DNA of 64,000 nt. Origin: Nitrospirales bacterium (GTDB lineage Bacteria > Nitrospirota > Nitrospiria > Nitrospirales > UBA8639). The position numbers and the translations under genes were made by a program. Under the pieces are notes generated by a model. The model saw only the letters and a program-made list of their open reading frames with translations, searched no databases and had not been told where the DNA came from. Below, piece by piece: positions 8,575 to 20,093 of the stretch. The first letter of the stretch is position 1. Every line of letters begins with the position of its first letter. The DNA is taken from NCBI GenBank assembly GCA_965203295.1, contig CBDBCZ010000019.1, forward strand, positions 800,001 through 864,000, read 5' to 3'.

Positions 8575-10302
8575 TCAGAAGAGAAAGTACCGTTGGGCCA
8601 TGGGCAGGAGCGCCATGGGTTCGCACTGGAGATGTTCCCCATCAGCCTTTACGATATATGTTTCGGGGTCGACTTCAATATGAGGGACGGCATCGTTCAG
8701 CTTGAGATCACGCTTGCCAATATTGCGACAATTCTGCACAGCGACTACACGTTTTTGCAAGCCTAAGTTCGTCTGGATGTCTCGATCTAAGGCCGTCTGA
8801 GAGAGAAATGTGACACTGCTGGTATACGGAGCCCGGCCGTATGCACCAAACATCGGGCGGCTCATAACAGGCTGAGGTGTTGGAATAGAGGCATTGGGGT
8901 CTCCCATGGCGGCTTCCACTAAAAAGCCTCCTTTGAGGATGAGGTCCGGTTTCATCCCAAAGAAAGCCGGGTTCCAGACCACAAGATCTGCCAATTTTCC
9001 GACTTCAACCGATCCCACTTCCTGAGCAATACCATGGGTAATCGCTGGATTGATGGTGTATTTAGCCACATAGCGCTTCGCTCGGAAGTTATCATGTGGT
9101 AGCGCTGCTTTCTGGATACCTGATGGCCCCAAATTTCCTCGCTGCACTTTCATTTTATGCGCAGTCTGCCAGGTTCGGATGATCACTTCCCCAATTCTCC
9201 CCATGGCTTGAGAATCTGAAGACATGATGCTGATCGCACCCATATCATGGAGAATGTCTTCCGCCGCAATCGTTTCACCACGGATTCGTGATTCTGCAAA
9301 GGCGATATCTTCAGGTACGCGAGGATTTAAATGATGGCAGACCATTAACATATCCAGATGTTCATCGATGGTATTCAACGTAAATGGCATGCTAGGGTTC
9401 GTTGAAGAGGGAAGGACGTTGGCTTCTCCACATACCCGAATAATATCGGGGGCATGTCCACCTCCGGCTCCCTCTGTATGAAACGTATGAATGGTTCGTC
9501 CACCAAACGCCCGGATCGAATCGTCAACAAACCCGGCTTCATTTAATGTGTCGGTATGAATCGCAACTTGTACGTTGTACTGGTCAGCGACATCCAAACA
9601 ACATGAAATGGCGGCAGGTGTAGTTCCCCAGTCTTCGTGTAATTTTAGGCCAATCGCACCAGCTTCGACCTGTTCGATCAACGCTTCTGGCAGGGAGGCA
9701 TTTCCTTTTCCAAAAAACCCTAGATTGATGGGAAATCCATCTGCGGCTTCTAACATACGACTGATATTCCAGGAACCTGGAGTGCAGGTGGTCGCGTTCG
9801 TTCCGGTTGCTGGACCGGTTCCGCCCCCGAGCAACGTGGTCATTCCTGAAGACAATGCTTCAGGAATCAGTTGAGGACAAATAAAATGGACGTGGCTTTC
9901 GACGCCCCCAGCCGTCACAATTTTTCCTTCACCTGCAACGACCTCGGTTCCGGGACCGATTTCCATTCCTGGTGTGACGCCTGCCATCATGTCCGGATTA
10001 CCTGATTTCCCAATTGCCACAAGACGTCCATCGCGAATGCCAATATCGGCTTTCACAATTCCCCAATAGTCGAGAATGACTGCATTTGTCACGACCAAGT
10101 CAAGGGCCCCGCGTGCTCGGGTTGCAGCCGGAGATTGACCCATTCCGTCACGAATGACTTTGCCTCCGCCAAATTTGGCTTCTTCTCCTGGCGTGGTCAA
10201 ATCTTGCTCGATTTCAATCACCAATTCCGTATCAGCAAGACGAATGCGGTCGCCTGCCGTAGGGCCGTACAAATCAGCATATTGACGACGAGAAATCTTC
10301 AT
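8575..10302 (-). CDS. ureC: Urease alpha subunit
   Basis: [45 protein letters not shown] all intact. Confidence 0.97.
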   Translation of the reverse strand: MKISRRQYADLYGPTAGDRIRLADTELVIEIEQDLTTPGEEAKFGGGKVIRDGMGQSPAATRARGALDLVVTNAVILDYWGIVKADIGIRDGRLVAIGKSGNPDMMAGVTPGMEIGPGTEVVAGEGKIVTAGGVESHVHFICPQLIPEALSSGMTTLLGGGTGPATGTNATTCTPGSWNISRMLEAADGFPINLGFFGKGNASLPEALIEQVEAGAIGLKLHEDWGTTPAAISCCLDVADQYNVQVAIHTDTLNEAGFVDDSIRAFGGRTIHTFHTEGAGGGHAPDIIRVCGEANVLPSSTNPSMPFTLNTIDEHLDMLMVCHHLNPRVPEDIAFAESRIRGETIAAEDILHDMGAISIMSSDSQAMGRIGEVIIRTWQTAHKMKVQRGNLGPSGIQKAALPHDNFRAKRYVAKYTINPAITHGIAQEVGSVEVGKLADLVVWNPAFFGMKPDLILKGGFLVEAAMGDPNASIPTPQPVMSRPMFGAYGRAPYTSSVTFLSQTALDRDIQTNLGLQKRVVAVQNCRNIGKRDLKLNDAVPHIEVDPETYIVKADGEHLQCEPMALLPMAQRYFLF

Positions 10303-10814
10303 TGGGATGATCTTTTTTCAGAAAAACCCTGTTCAACTGCACGACTCAGCGCTTGCGGCTTGACTCCCGAGGCATCGAGTGAACCGTTCGTCAAACCATT
10401 GATTCCATACGCCACACGATTTCCGCCGATCGCCACAAGTGTGACGCGCTTCTCCTCACCTGGTTCAAAGCGTACAGCCGTACCGGCTGGGATGCAAAGA
10501 CGAAACCCGAATGCTTTTTCCCGATCGAACCGCAACGCTCGATTGGCCTCAAAAAAATGGCAATGTGAGCCGACCTGAACAGGCCGATCCCCGGTATTTG
10601 CCACAATGCATTCAGTGGTCGCACGACCTTCAAATGCCATAATATCAGCTTTTCCCAAAAACAATTGCCCCGGCACGACGTTAGTCGGTTGTAGCTCTCT
10701 TTTGGCCAATTTCTTCTTTGAAAGGCTGGCTTTTGAGGAACGCTTCGCCGAAACCTTCTTAGCACGAGATTTCTTTGGAGCGAGAGTTTTCTTTTTTTTA
10801 GTCTTCTTCTGCAT
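10299..10814 (-). CDS. ureB: Urease beta subunit with a Lys-rich N-terminal extension
   Basis: [17 protein letters not shown] and [12 protein letters not shown] motifs. Confidence 0.93.
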   Translation of the reverse strand: MQKKTKKKKTLAPKKSRAKKVSAKRSSKASLSKKKLAKRELQPTNVVPGQLFLGKADIMAFEGRATTECIVANTGDRPVQVGSHCHFFEANRALRFDREKAFGFRLCIPAGTAVRFEPGEEKRVTLVAIGGNRVAYGINGLTNGSLDASGVKPQALSRAVEQGFSEKRSSQ

Positions 10815-10889
10815 AGGATTCCCTGAAATAGCAACCCTTTAAGAAGGGAAACAGAGTCGATCCTGAACGGATAGTCCTGTATGTCATGA

Positions 10890-11192
10890 TTATGGGATTG
10901 GTTGGTGTACCGTCACCAATTTCGTTCCATCAGGGAACGTGCCTTCGACTTGAAGCTCAGCGAGCATCTCTGGCACACCAGGCATCACATCCTGACGAGT
11001 CAGGAGCGTGGCTCCATAGCTCATCAGGTCAGCGACAGACCTTCCATCACGAATTCCCTCAAGGATTTCAGCTGTCAGATATGCAACAGTTTCAGGATAG
11101 TTGAGTCTCAAGCCACGTGCTTTACGATCACGGGTCAACTGAGCTGCCACATAGACAAGTAATTTTTCTTGCTCTCTTGGTGTCAAATGCAT
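10890..11192 (-). CDS. ureA: Urease gamma subunit
   Basis: [11 protein letters not shown] start and [17 protein letters not shown] end; 100 aa from ATG 11192. Confidence 0.95.
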   Translation of the reverse strand: MHLTPREQEKLLVYVAAQLTRDRKARGLRLNYPETVAYLTAEILEGIRDGRSVADLMSYGATLLTRQDVMPGVPEMLAELQVEGTFPDGTKLVTVHQPIP

Positions 11193-11196
11193 GGGA

Positions 11197-11907
11197 TCAC
11201 ACAATCAGATGCTGCTTCACGCACTCCTCTGTCAACTCGGATGTTTGGCCTGTACTCACCACAGATCCCTTCGACATGATGACATAGATATCAGCCAGCG
11301 TTGCAGCAAATTCCATGTACTGCTCAACGAGTAAAATGGCAAACCGACGATTGTTTTTAAAGTTCTCGATCACTCGTTGGATCTCCATCACAATGGAGGG
11401 TTGGATGCCTTCGGTGGGCTCATCAAGGAGTAAGAGCCTGGGATTCCCGAGTAGGGCTCTGCCGATCGCCAATTGCTGCTGCTCCCCACCACTCAATACG
11501 CCACCGGCTCGATCGAGAAGCGTTTTAAGTTTGGGGAATAATTCATAGACTTCTTCGAACGCTGGTCCCGTTATCGAAGGAGTCCACGGTCTACCACTGG
11601 CTTCAAATCCAAGACGGAGATTTTCCCGAACGGTCAAATAGGGAAAGACCTCGCGTCCCTGTGGGACGTATGCGATGCCTCGATTGACTCGCCGTTCAGG
11701 GGGAGCATGGGTCATATTTTTTCCATCTAACAAGACTCGTCCCTGCCGAGGGGTGAGCAAGCCCATGACCGTCTTGAGAACAGTCGTCTTCCCGACGCCA
11801 TTCCGTCCCAGGAGACAGAGTGCCTGGCTTTCTTCTATCTCAAATGAGACATCCTTAAGAATATGGCTCCCACCATAATAGACATTGAGGCGATCAAGTT
11901 GAAGCAT
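11197..11907 (-). CDS. urtE: Urea ABC transporter ATPase UrtE
   Basis: [32 protein letters not shown]; operon position. Confidence 0.9.
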   Translation of the reverse strand: MLQLDRLNVYYGGSHILKDVSFEIEESQALCLLGRNGVGKTTVLKTVMGLLTPRQGRVLLDGKNMTHAPPERRVNRGIAYVPQGREVFPYLTVRENLRLGFEASGRPWTPSITGPAFEEVYELFPKLKTLLDRAGGVLSGGEQQQLAIGRALLGNPRLLLLDEPTEGIQPSIVMEIQRVIENFKNNRRFAILLVEQYMEFAATLADIYVIMSKGSVVSTGQTSELTEECVKQHLIV

Positions 11908-12693
11908 CTATTCCACCGCACGACCGAGATAGATTTCCATGACTTTTGGATCAGCCTGGACCGATTCCATAGGACCTTCAACAAGCACACTGCCTTCATG
12001 CAAGACGGTCACCTTCTTCGCAATCTGTCGGACAAATTCCATGTCATGTTCAATCACAACCACAGAGTGATCAACCGCAAGAGAGTTGAGGAGTTCCCCT
12101 GTTTTGTCAGTCTCCTGTTCTGTCATACCAGCGACGGGTTCGTCAACCAAGAGAAGCTTGGGGTTTTGAATAAGAACCATCCCGATTTCCAGCCACTGCT
12201 TCTGTCCATGGGAAAGTGCTCCGGCCATTGCATGTTCTTTCTCGGAAAGTCCGATTGTATTCAATACCTCCTGAATTCTTTCGGCTTGGGAGGGCGTGGC
12301 TTTTGAGAAAAGGGTTGAGAAGAGCCCTTTACTCTTTCGCTTAAGCGAGATATCAAGATTTTCCCATACTGTCAGGTTTCCAAAAACAGAGGGTGTTTGG
12401 AACTTTCGACCGATTCCCAACGTCGCGATTTCGTATTCTCGTAATTTTGTGAGGTCAATACTCTGGCCATCGACCTGAAAATGCAATGTTCCAGCTGCAG
12501 GTCTGACTTTTCCAGTGATCACATCCATGAATGTGCTTTTGCCAGCACCGTTTGGGCCGATCACAACCCGAAGCTCAGGATAATCCATTGAGAAGGTTAA
12601 GTCTTGTAGTGCCTTGAATCCGTCATAATCAACGGTGACGTTGTCGGCTTGGAGAATGGGAACGTGGTTGGATGATTCGTTCATATCACTCAT
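11908..12693 (-). CDS. urtD: Urea ABC transporter ATPase UrtD
   Basis: GPNGAGKS, GIGRKFQTP, LSHGQKQWLEIGM. Confidence 0.9.
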   Translation of the reverse strand: MSDMNESSNHVPILQADNVTVDYDGFKALQDLTFSMDYPELRVVIGPNGAGKSTFMDVITGKVRPAAGTLHFQVDGQSIDLTKLREYEIATLGIGRKFQTPSVFGNLTVWENLDISLKRKSKGLFSTLFSKATPSQAERIQEVLNTIGLSEKEHAMAGALSHGQKQWLEIGMVLIQNPKLLLVDEPVAGMTEQETDKTGELLNSLAVDHSVVVIEHDMEFVRQIAKKVTVLHEGSVLVEGPMESVQADPKVMEIYLGRAVE

Positions 12694-12810
12694 AAATTAC
12701 TGCGCCTCGTATTTTCTGTTACAGACTATCAAATATCCGAGTCTTTTATCATCGTTCTTCACTGTGATGATTGAACCTTTGAAGGCTCTAGAATCGTGGA
12801 TTGATCCTCT

Positions 12811-13908
12811 TTACCTGGAAGAGAGTTTCTCTTTGACCTGTTTGAAGATGCCAATGAGCCCTTTGGGGAAAAACATGACCACCACAACGAAAAGGCCTCC
12901 CATGAAAAATGGCCAGAGGTCCGGGACAGATCCGGTCAATTCACTCCTGAACCAATTGACACCCACTGCACCGAGAACCGCTCCAGCCAATGTTCCTCTC
13001 CCTCCTACTGCGACCCAAATCGCCATTTCGATCGACGGGAGAACACCAATCTGGGCTGGTGTGATGATACCAACTTGAGGAACATAGAGGGCTCCAGCCA
13101 GCCCAGCAAGGCCTGCTGAAACGACAAAAACAAATAACTTGTAGTTTGGGGGTTTATATCCAGAAAACAGGACCCGTTGTTCACCATCACGAATCGCAAT
13201 CAATACCCTTCCAACTCGGGATTGAATAATTCCGCGACAGACTAAGTACGAGACTCCCACAAAGAAGACTGTCAGCATATACAGGACCAGTTGAGTGCTG
13301 GAATTGCCTAGTCGATATCCGAATATCTGCTTGAAGTCCGTTAACCCATTTGTTCCGCCAAGATTGGTTTCATTTCGATTGAAGACGAGCCAAGCTGAAA
13401 AGACAAGCGCTTGTGTAATGATCGCAAAGTAGACTCCTCGAATTCTGCTTCGAAATGCCAAGTACCCAAAGGCAGTGGCGAATAGCATCGGTGCCAGAAA
13501 CACGGCAACGATGGTGAAGGCAAAACTGTTATACGGTTGCCAAAATAAAGGGAGTTCCTTGACCTGATTCCAGACCATGAAATCCGGTAAGGCTTCCCCA
13601 TAGACACTTTCTGTCCCGATCCCCAGCATGAGATACATACCCATAGAGTAGGCACCTAGGGCGAAAAACACTCCATGCGCGAGGCTCAATACCCCGGTAT
13701 ATCCCCAAATAAGATCTATTCCAATCGCCAATATTGCATAGGCCAGGTATTTCCCGAACAAATTGACCGTAAAGTCGGATATATGGAAGACTGAGTCTGG
13801 TGAGACCTGTGTGTTGAGAATCGGCACGATCACGAGCAAGAAAAGGCCGCAGACCCAAAATCCTGGGTTGAGGAACAAGTTTTTGAAAATCCCTTCAGAT
13901 TGTTTCAT
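12811..13908 (-). CDS. urtC: Urea ABC transporter permease UrtC
   Basis: DLIWGYTGVLSLAHG, LPDFMVWN, GVYFAIITQA motifs. Confidence 0.9.
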   Translation of the reverse strand: MKQSEGIFKNLFLNPGFWVCGLFLLVIVPILNTQVSPDSVFHISDFTVNLFGKYLAYAILAIGIDLIWGYTGVLSLAHGVFFALGAYSMGMYLMLGIGTESVYGEALPDFMVWNQVKELPLFWQPYNSFAFTIVAVFLAPMLFATAFGYLAFRSRIRGVYFAIITQALVFSAWLVFNRNETNLGGTNGLTDFKQIFGYRLGNSSTQLVLYMLTVFFVGVSYLVCRGIIQSRVGRVLIAIRDGEQRVLFSGYKPPNYKLFVFVVSAGLAGLAGALYVPQVGIITPAQIGVLPSIEMAIWVAVGGRGTLAGAVLGAVGVNWFRSELTGSVPDLWPFFMGGLFVVVVMFFPKGLIGIFKQVKEKLSSR

Positions 13909-13965
13909 GATTCAGTACCGATCCTCTTAGATAGATCTCGCCATCGTAATGGTTCTCACTGAATT

Positions 13966-15519
13966 TTACGAATCGGCATAACGCCCTTTCATGGTAAACA
14001 AGCCGGCTGGTCGGTATTGGAGAAAGAGAATAACGAGTAGCAGAATGAACACTTTCCCATAGACAGCGCCGGCGAATGGTTCAAGGTATTTGTTTAACAT
14101 ACCAAGACCAAATGCAGCCGAAATCGTTCCGGCGAGTTTTCCCACCCCACCAGTGACAACAACTATGAAAGAATCAACGATATATTGCCGACCCATCTCA
14201 GGTTCGACGTTCCCAATCAGTGTGAGCGCGGAACCGGCTAATCCTGCCATGCCTGAGCCAAAGGCAAAGGTCAAGGAATCGAGCTTTCTGGTTGGAATGC
14301 CGAGACAGGAACTCATCTGACGATTTTGCATCACCGCCCGCACTCTCAATCCAGCCGGTGTGCGGAATAACACCCAATAAATCCCAAGAATAGAAACGAT
14401 GGCTAGAATCACCACAAAGATCCGATTGTAGGGAACCTGAATGCCTACTGCAACCTGTGCGCTTCCCCTCAACAAGGTGGGAGCTTGGACTGAGGTCAAG
14501 TCCCCGAACGTGATACGGGCAGCCTGGATCATAATCAGTCCGACACCCCACGTTAATAAGAGCGTCTCCAATGGTCGGCCATAGAGGAACCGAATGAGCG
14601 TGAGTTCTAAGACGTACCCAGCTAGCCCCGCGGCTAAAAATGAGAAGGGAATCGCAAAGGCATAATAAAAATCAAACATGCCTTCCGGAAAATATGCCCT
14701 GAAAATTTCTTGAGTGACAAATGTCGCGTATCCCCCAACCATCATCATCTCCCCATGGGCCATGTTGATCACACCCATAAGTCCGAAAACAATTGCCAAA
14801 CCCATGGCTATCATGAGCAGAACAGAACTGAGGCTGATGCCTCGTAGCGTCGTTTCGACAGCATTCGCAAAGGTTTGCCAGGTGTCAATGTCATCAATAG
14901 CTTTGGTGGCAGCCTGGGCAACAGCTTGCTGCTCTGGATCCTGTTTTGCAGTCTGCACGACCTCTTCCAAGGCTGGTAGAGCATTCGCGCTTCGCAGGTC
15001 CCCAAGCTTCTCGATTGCGGCTATTTGTATCGTCTGATCATGGTCATTGAGTTTAATGAGATTGATGGCTTCTTCCATCTCATAGCGTACCCATTTCTCA
15101 GATTCACGTTGGAGTGCTGCCTCGAGTAGAGATAACCCAGCGTCAGACCCACGAATGCCAATATCTCTCGCAGCCCCACGACGCACTTCTGCATTGGGGC
15201 TGGCTAATTTAACCTCGTTATTGAGGATATCGATAAGTGGCTTAAGAACCCGACGCGTCCGCCGGTCCACTTCAAGCCGGATTTCTTCAAGCTTGGGTAG
15301 TAAGCTTGTGTCTCTATGTTCCATCAAGAAGGTAATCGCAGCCTTCTTCGCAGAGCGGTCGCCAGCTGAGAGATCAGTTAACGCTTGCTCGACGCTAGCT
15401 GGCCCAGGAGCGATTTCCGATTCTTCTGCTGCTTGAACCGAGCCTATTCCCAGCAAGGATAAACCACCACAGAGAGTCACTATGCAGAGTACATGTCGCA
15501 TTAATTGAAAAATGTTCAT
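13966..15519 (-). CDS. urtB: Urea ABC transporter permease UrtB with a periplasmic HEAT-like N-domain
   Basis: FGLMGVINMAHGE, YGRPLETLLLTWG; signal peptide followed by helical repeats. Confidence 0.88.
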   Translation of the reverse strand: MNIFQLMRHVLCIVTLCGGLSLLGIGSVQAAEESEIAPGPASVEQALTDLSAGDRSAKKAAITFLMEHRDTSLLPKLEEIRLEVDRRTRRVLKPLIDILNNEVKLASPNAEVRRGAARDIGIRGSDAGLSLLEAALQRESEKWVRYEMEEAINLIKLNDHDQTIQIAAIEKLGDLRSANALPALEEVVQTAKQDPEQQAVAQAATKAIDDIDTWQTFANAVETTLRGISLSSVLLMIAMGLAIVFGLMGVINMAHGEMMMVGGYATFVTQEIFRAYFPEGMFDFYYAFAIPFSFLAAGLAGYVLELTLIRFLYGRPLETLLLTWGVGLIMIQAARITFGDLTSVQAPTLLRGSAQVAVGIQVPYNRIFVVILAIVSILGIYWVLFRTPAGLRVRAVMQNRQMSSCLGIPTRKLDSLTFAFGSGMAGLAGSALTLIGNVEPEMGRQYIVDSFIVVVTGGVGKLAGTISAAFGLGMLNKYLEPFAGAVYGKVFILLLVILFLQYRPAGLFTMKGRYADS

Positions 15520-15527
15520 TCAGATCC

Positions 15528-16917
15528 TTATACCTTACTATACGTTCCCTTATGGTCGACCCAATCGCAGTCCTTAGTCCGGATTGGTATATTGGCTCCA
15601 CGGGAGAGCCCTCAAAAGCCCATCGGATTTGTTGATGATATTGAATTGCCCATCCTTCTGGATCTCTCCGATCAGAACCGGCTTATAGGTATGATGGTTC
15701 CGCTCATCCATCTTCTTCTTTCCCCCAGGGGCATCGAATTCCAACCCATAGACAGCTTTTCGGACTTGATCCACATTGGTTGTCCTCGCCTTTCCACACG
15801 CCGCCGCCCAGACATAGACCCCATAATAGGCGGCTTCAATCGGGTCATCTGTCACGCGAGAGGATCCACCTGGGAGGTTGTTTCTCTCACAGTAGGCCTT
15901 GAAGTTCTTCACGAACGCCTTATTCCGAGGCGAATCGATGCTCTGGAAGTAGTTCCAGGCACAGAGGTGGCCGACGAGTGCCGTGGTGTCCATGCCACGC
16001 AATTCGTCTTCTGCCACACTGAACGCCATAATCGGGCAATCCTCAGCCCGAAGGCCTTGGTTCGCGAACTCCTTATAAAAAGGCACGTTGCTGTCACCGT
16101 TGATGGTATTGATCACAGCCGCATCACCACCACGGGCGAATTTCTTGATCTTGCTGACGATTGGCTGATAGTCCTGATAATGGAACGGCGTATATTCCTC
16201 CGCGATATTTTCCGCAATATTTGCTGTAGGCACGCCTTTAGCGATCAGCATCTTCCGTAAAATCTTATTGGTGGTTCGTGGATACACGTAATCAGTGCCC
16301 AAGAGATAGAACTTCTTATACCCTCCGCCTTTCTCGTTCATCAGATACTCAACAGCTGGTTCTGATTGCTGGTTGACCGCTGCACCAGTATAGAATACGT
16401 TGCGTGAACATTCCTCATCCTCATATTGCACTGGATAGAACAATAGCCCGTTATTCCCTTCGAAGACCGGAAGTACGGCTTTCCGGCTCACTGAGGTCCA
16501 GCACCCGAATACGACGGCGACTTTGTCAACTAAGAGCAACTGTTTAGCTTTTTCAGCAAACAGGTCCCAGTTCGAAGCTGGGTCAACAATCACTGGTTGG
16601 ACCTGGCGCCCCATGATACCCCCATTCTCGTTGATCTCTTCAGCCGCCATTAAGACCACATCGCGAAGAGAGACTTCGCTGATGGCCATGGTCCCATTCA
16701 GAGAATGGAGCACACCAATCTTGATCGGCTCTTTGTCTGCCGCATAGGACAGAGCCCAATTCCCCAGGTTCCCGAGGAGTGACGCAACGCCAACTCTGGC
16801 AGCCGTCTTTTTCGCATCATCCAAAAACTCTCGGCGAGTTTTGTCTGATCCGCTTGTTTGCTGATCCATAGGCTCTTGCTTCACAGCGTCCTTGTCTATG
16901 GCGTTCATGTTATCCAT
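15528..16917 (-). pseudogene. urtA: Second urea-binding protein UrtA, C-terminally frameshifted (ORF stops at 15574)
   Basis: Paralog of 17228-18610; one extra base in CCG GAC T AAG GAC puts the tail KDCDWVDHKGTYSKV* (stop 15528) out of frame; NIAE duplicated. Confidence 0.75.
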
Positions 16918-17072
16918 AAGACTCTTGCCCTCTTCCTCTTCTCAGTGACGATGCATCCCTTAGACATTGATTGCATACAAGTGAAGAGATCAAAATTGAT
17001 TATCTTTATGTGAGAGAGGTCTCATACATCACTCTTGCTTTCGCCCTTCGATCAGTCATTCAATACTGCTCT

Positions 17073-17211
17073 AACAGGTCAGGCTCAGCACGAACGGAGT
17101 AGACAGTGAAACACTTGAAACCCCCCACTCGTGCTGAGCCTGTTGAAGCAAAACCCCACTATGACCAAAGGGGGTCGTTGGCTATGTCGACCTTATCGAC
17201 GACATAGCCCG
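17073..17211. other. Intergenic stem-loops between the two urtA genes
   Basis: CAGGCTCAGCACGA...TCGTGCTGAGCCTG and GGCTATGTCG...CGACATAGCC inverted repeats. Confidence 0.5.
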
Positions 17212-17227
17212 CTCCCACCTTCTTGCT

Positions 17228-18610
17228 TTACGCTTTTCTATACGTCCCCTTGTGGTCAACCCAATCGCAATCTTTTCCTGGACTCGTGTATTGGCTCCAT
17301 GGGAGAGCTCTTACAAGCCCCCTCGATTTGTACACGACGTTGAACTGACCATCAGCCCGGATCTCTCCGATCATAACCGGCTTATAGGTGTGATGGTTCC
17401 GCTCATCCATCTTTTTGTTTCCGCCTGGGGCCTCAAACTTCATCCCATAAACCACCTTGCGGACCTGGTCAACATTGGTGGTTCCGGCCTTTTCACAGGC
17501 TGCCGCCCAGACCTTGATCCCGTAATAGCCTGCCTCGATCGGATCATCCGTCACGCGAGAGGATCCACCTGGCAGGTTGTTTCTCTCACAGTAGGCCTTG
17601 AAGTCCGCCACCCACTTCTTGTTCCTCGGGGTATCAATGCTCTGGAAGTAGTTCCAGGCTGCCAAATGTCCAACCAGGTCCGTGGTGTCTATACCGCGCA
17701 GCTCATCCTCCGCCACGCTGAATGCAATGATCTGGCAATCTTCTGCTCGAAGCCCTTGGTTCGCAAACTCTTTATAAAACGGCACGTTACTGTCGCCATT
17801 GATGGTACTGATCACCGTTGCGTCACCACCACGGGCGAATCGTTTGATCTTGCCGACGATCGTCTGATAGTCCTGGTGATGGAACGGGGTATATTCCTCT
17901 GCGATATTAGAGAGGGGCACGCCTTTGGCAATCAACATCGCCCGTAGAATCTTATTGGTCGTCCGAGGATACACGTAGTCAGTGCCCAAGAGGTAGAACT
18001 TCTTATATCCACCACCTTCCTCGCTCATCAAATACTCGACACCCGGCTCTGACTGCTGATTGACCGCCGCCCCGGTATAGAACACATTCCGTGAACATTC
18101 TTCACCTTCATACTGCACCGGATAGAACAACAGGCCATTATTTCCCTCAAAGACCGGAAGCACGGATTTGCGACTGACCGAGGTCCAGCAGCCTTCTACG
18201 ACGGCGACTTTGTCAACCAGGAGCAACTGCTTGGCTTTCTCAGCAAACAGGTCCCAATTCGAAGCTGGATCCACGACCACCGGCTGAACCTGGCGTCCCA
18301 ACACGCCACCCGCTGCGTTGAGCTCCTCTATCGCCATTAAGTCCGCATCACGTATTGAGACCTCGCTAGTCGCCATGGTGCCGCTCAAAGAATGGAGGAT
18401 CCCCACTTTGATCGGCTCCTTGTCCGCGGCGTAGGAGAGGGCCCAGTTCCCCAAGTTTCCTAGGAGAGCTGCGACGCCGATCCCGGCTGCTGTCTTCTTG
18501 GTCGTATCTAAAAACTCTCGACGGGTCTTAGTAGTGCCATTCGATGACTCATCAACGGGTTCTACACTCGTGGCTTCTTTGTCTTTATTGATGTTGTTGG
18601 TGCTATCCAT
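17228..18610 (-). CDS. urtA: Urea ABC transporter substrate-binding protein UrtA
   Basis: GILHSLSGTM, GCWTSVSRK, YPVQYEGEE, GTDYVYPR, TINGDSN; twin-arginine-like TRREFL. Confidence 0.92.
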   Translation of the reverse strand: MDSTNNINKDKEATSVEPVDESSNGTTKTRREFLDTTKKTAAGIGVAALLGNLGNWALSYAADKEPIKVGILHSLSGTMATSEVSIRDADLMAIEELNAAGGVLGRQVQPVVVDPASNWDLFAEKAKQLLLVDKVAVVEGCWTSVSRKSVLPVFEGNNGLLFYPVQYEGEECSRNVFYTGAAVNQQSEPGVEYLMSEEGGGYKKFYLLGTDYVYPRTTNKILRAMLIAKGVPLSNIAEEYTPFHHQDYQTIVGKIKRFARGGDATVISTINGDSNVPFYKEFANQGLRAEDCQIIAFSVAEDELRGIDTTDLVGHLAAWNYFQSIDTPRNKKWVADFKAYCERNNLPGGSSRVTDDPIEAGYYGIKVWAAACEKAGTTNVDQVRKVVYGMKFEAPGGNKKMDERNHHTYKPVMIGEIRADGQFNVVYKSRGLVRALPWSQYTSPGKDCDWVDHKGTYRKA

Positions 18611-18673
18611 GGTACTTCCCCCTCATTAAAAAATTAATAATAGCAAACGTATTATTTCGGATACCTCTGTGTT

Positions 18674-18713
18674 CTCTCTGGTCCCTCTCCTCCAAAGGAG
18701 AGGGACCAGAGAG
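18674..18713. other. Strong hairpin between the porin gene and urtA
   Basis: CTCTCTGGTCCCTCTCCT...AGGAGAGGGACCAGAGAG. Confidence 0.55.
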
Positions 18714-18836
18714 GGTGTTATCTCAAAGCGATAGAACGAATTCTCTTTCGTTTGTTAAGTATCCAGCAAACACCGGTTGAAGACCTCAGAAGTTGTACCA
18801 GCATAAGCGTATTCCATCGTTCCGATCGAAAAGAAA

Positions 18837-20093
18837 TTACAGTTGGAACTGAACCCCTATCTTGATGGCATGGATACTGCCACCGCCCGCAGTGGAAGTG
18901 AAGTCTAACTGATTAGGCACGCCCGTCGTTCCGTTTCTATTGATATTGCCATATTGCCAGGCCAGCGAAAGCCTCGCGTTGTGACCGTCGATCACATAAT
19001 TCATACCCGCTTCGAACTCATCCGTGTCCGCGCTGTTATTTGAAATGTTTTCCGTCCAGCGGACGTAGGGCTGGAATCTCCCAAATCCGCCATTGTTTGG
19101 GAAAAGAAGCAAGCCAGCAACGGAGTAGGCATCTCCATCAAACATGCAGAAACAGCCGAAGAATCCTGCCCCAAGAGCCGCGACATTCAACTCCGAATCA
19201 AAATGCTTGAATTCGCCTTCTGCAGTGAACACCCAATCATCTGCGCTACTCCCCAACAATTTTTCGAACAGAAGATCCGTGCTGAACCCCGTGAAATCAC
19301 CCGGGTTTGCGGCATTACCTACGCCGCCGGCCTGGTGATTAATGGCAAAGGCCAGCGTCAAGATATCTCCACCCGTTCCGTAATACGTACTGCTCGTGTA
19401 ATACCCAGGGTTTTTCTCGACATTCAGGAAGTTATAGCTGATACGTCCCGCATAGAGCAGATTATCAGCCAGATTCTGAACAGAATCAAAACCATCAAAC
19501 AGGCCAACGACATAACTCAACCTTCCATCCATGACGGCTCCCCAGACGTTGATCCCGTCATCACGGCCAAATCGTCCAGCACCAAAATTACCGAAATCAG
19601 AGGGATAAAACGGCGTTTTGTCAAAGTCAAAGGTGTTTTGATAGAAGGGACCGGAAAGCTCCGCACGGTCTAAGGGGACTAACAGGCGCCCTGCCCACAC
19701 GTTAAAGTAGGGATTGAACTCGAACTTGGCAATGGCATCAAGGACGATCATCGTCCCGCCACCGCCCGCGCCACCAAGACTGTTATTGGCAGGCAAAATA
19801 CCGGGACAATTGGTACACTCTGTGTTGAATTCGAACTTGAGATACTTATGCATCTGCCCGTTCACGTACAGACGCAGATTCTCCAACCTGAAATCATTGT
19901 TCCAGTTATTACCATTAGGCGCCTGATCCTCATTAAAACTAAAGCTCGAGCGCATACCCAACCCGACACTGATCCACTTGTCCTCTCCGATTTCTATTTT
20001 TCCTCCTGCCTGCACTGGCGATGTAATTAATAACAGTGCAAAGAAAAAGAAAAGGAATAGCAGGGTTACTGCTCTTGGTACGTGTTTCTTCAT
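18837..20093 (-). CDS. Outer-membrane porin, probably an FmdC-like urea/short-amide porin
   Basis: Signal peptide, amphipathic beta strands, C-terminal GVQFQL; first gene of the urt operon. Confidence 0.75.
   Translation of the reverse strand: MKKHVPRAVTLLFLFFFFALLLITSPVQAGGKIEIGEDKWISVGLGMRSSFSFNEDQAPNGNNWNNDFRLENLRLYVNGQMHKYLKFEFNTECTNCPGILPANNSLGGAGGGGTMIVLDAIAKFEFNPYFNVWAGRLLVPLDRAELSGPFYQNTFDFDKTPFYPSDFGNFGAGRFGRDDGINVWGAVMDGRLSYVVGLFDGFDSVQNLADNLLYAGRISYNFLNVEKNPGYYTSSTYYGTGGDILTLAFAINHQAGGVGNAANPGDFTGFSTDLLFEKLLGSSADDWVFTAEGEFKHFDSELNVAALGAGFFGCFCMFDGDAYSVAGLLLFPNNGGFGRFQPYVRWTENISNNSADTDEFEAGMNYVIDGHNARLSLAWQYGNINRNGTTGVPNQLDFTSTAGGGSIHAIKIGVQFQL

Noticed and set aside
8483..8626. 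48-aa extension of the MBL-fold ORF
   Set aside because: It overlaps ureC and an AT-rich spacer; the SD supports ATG 8482
15505..17947. Long plus-strand ORFs (251 and 231 aa) similar to each other
   Set aside because: They are antisense shadows of the two urtA paralogs
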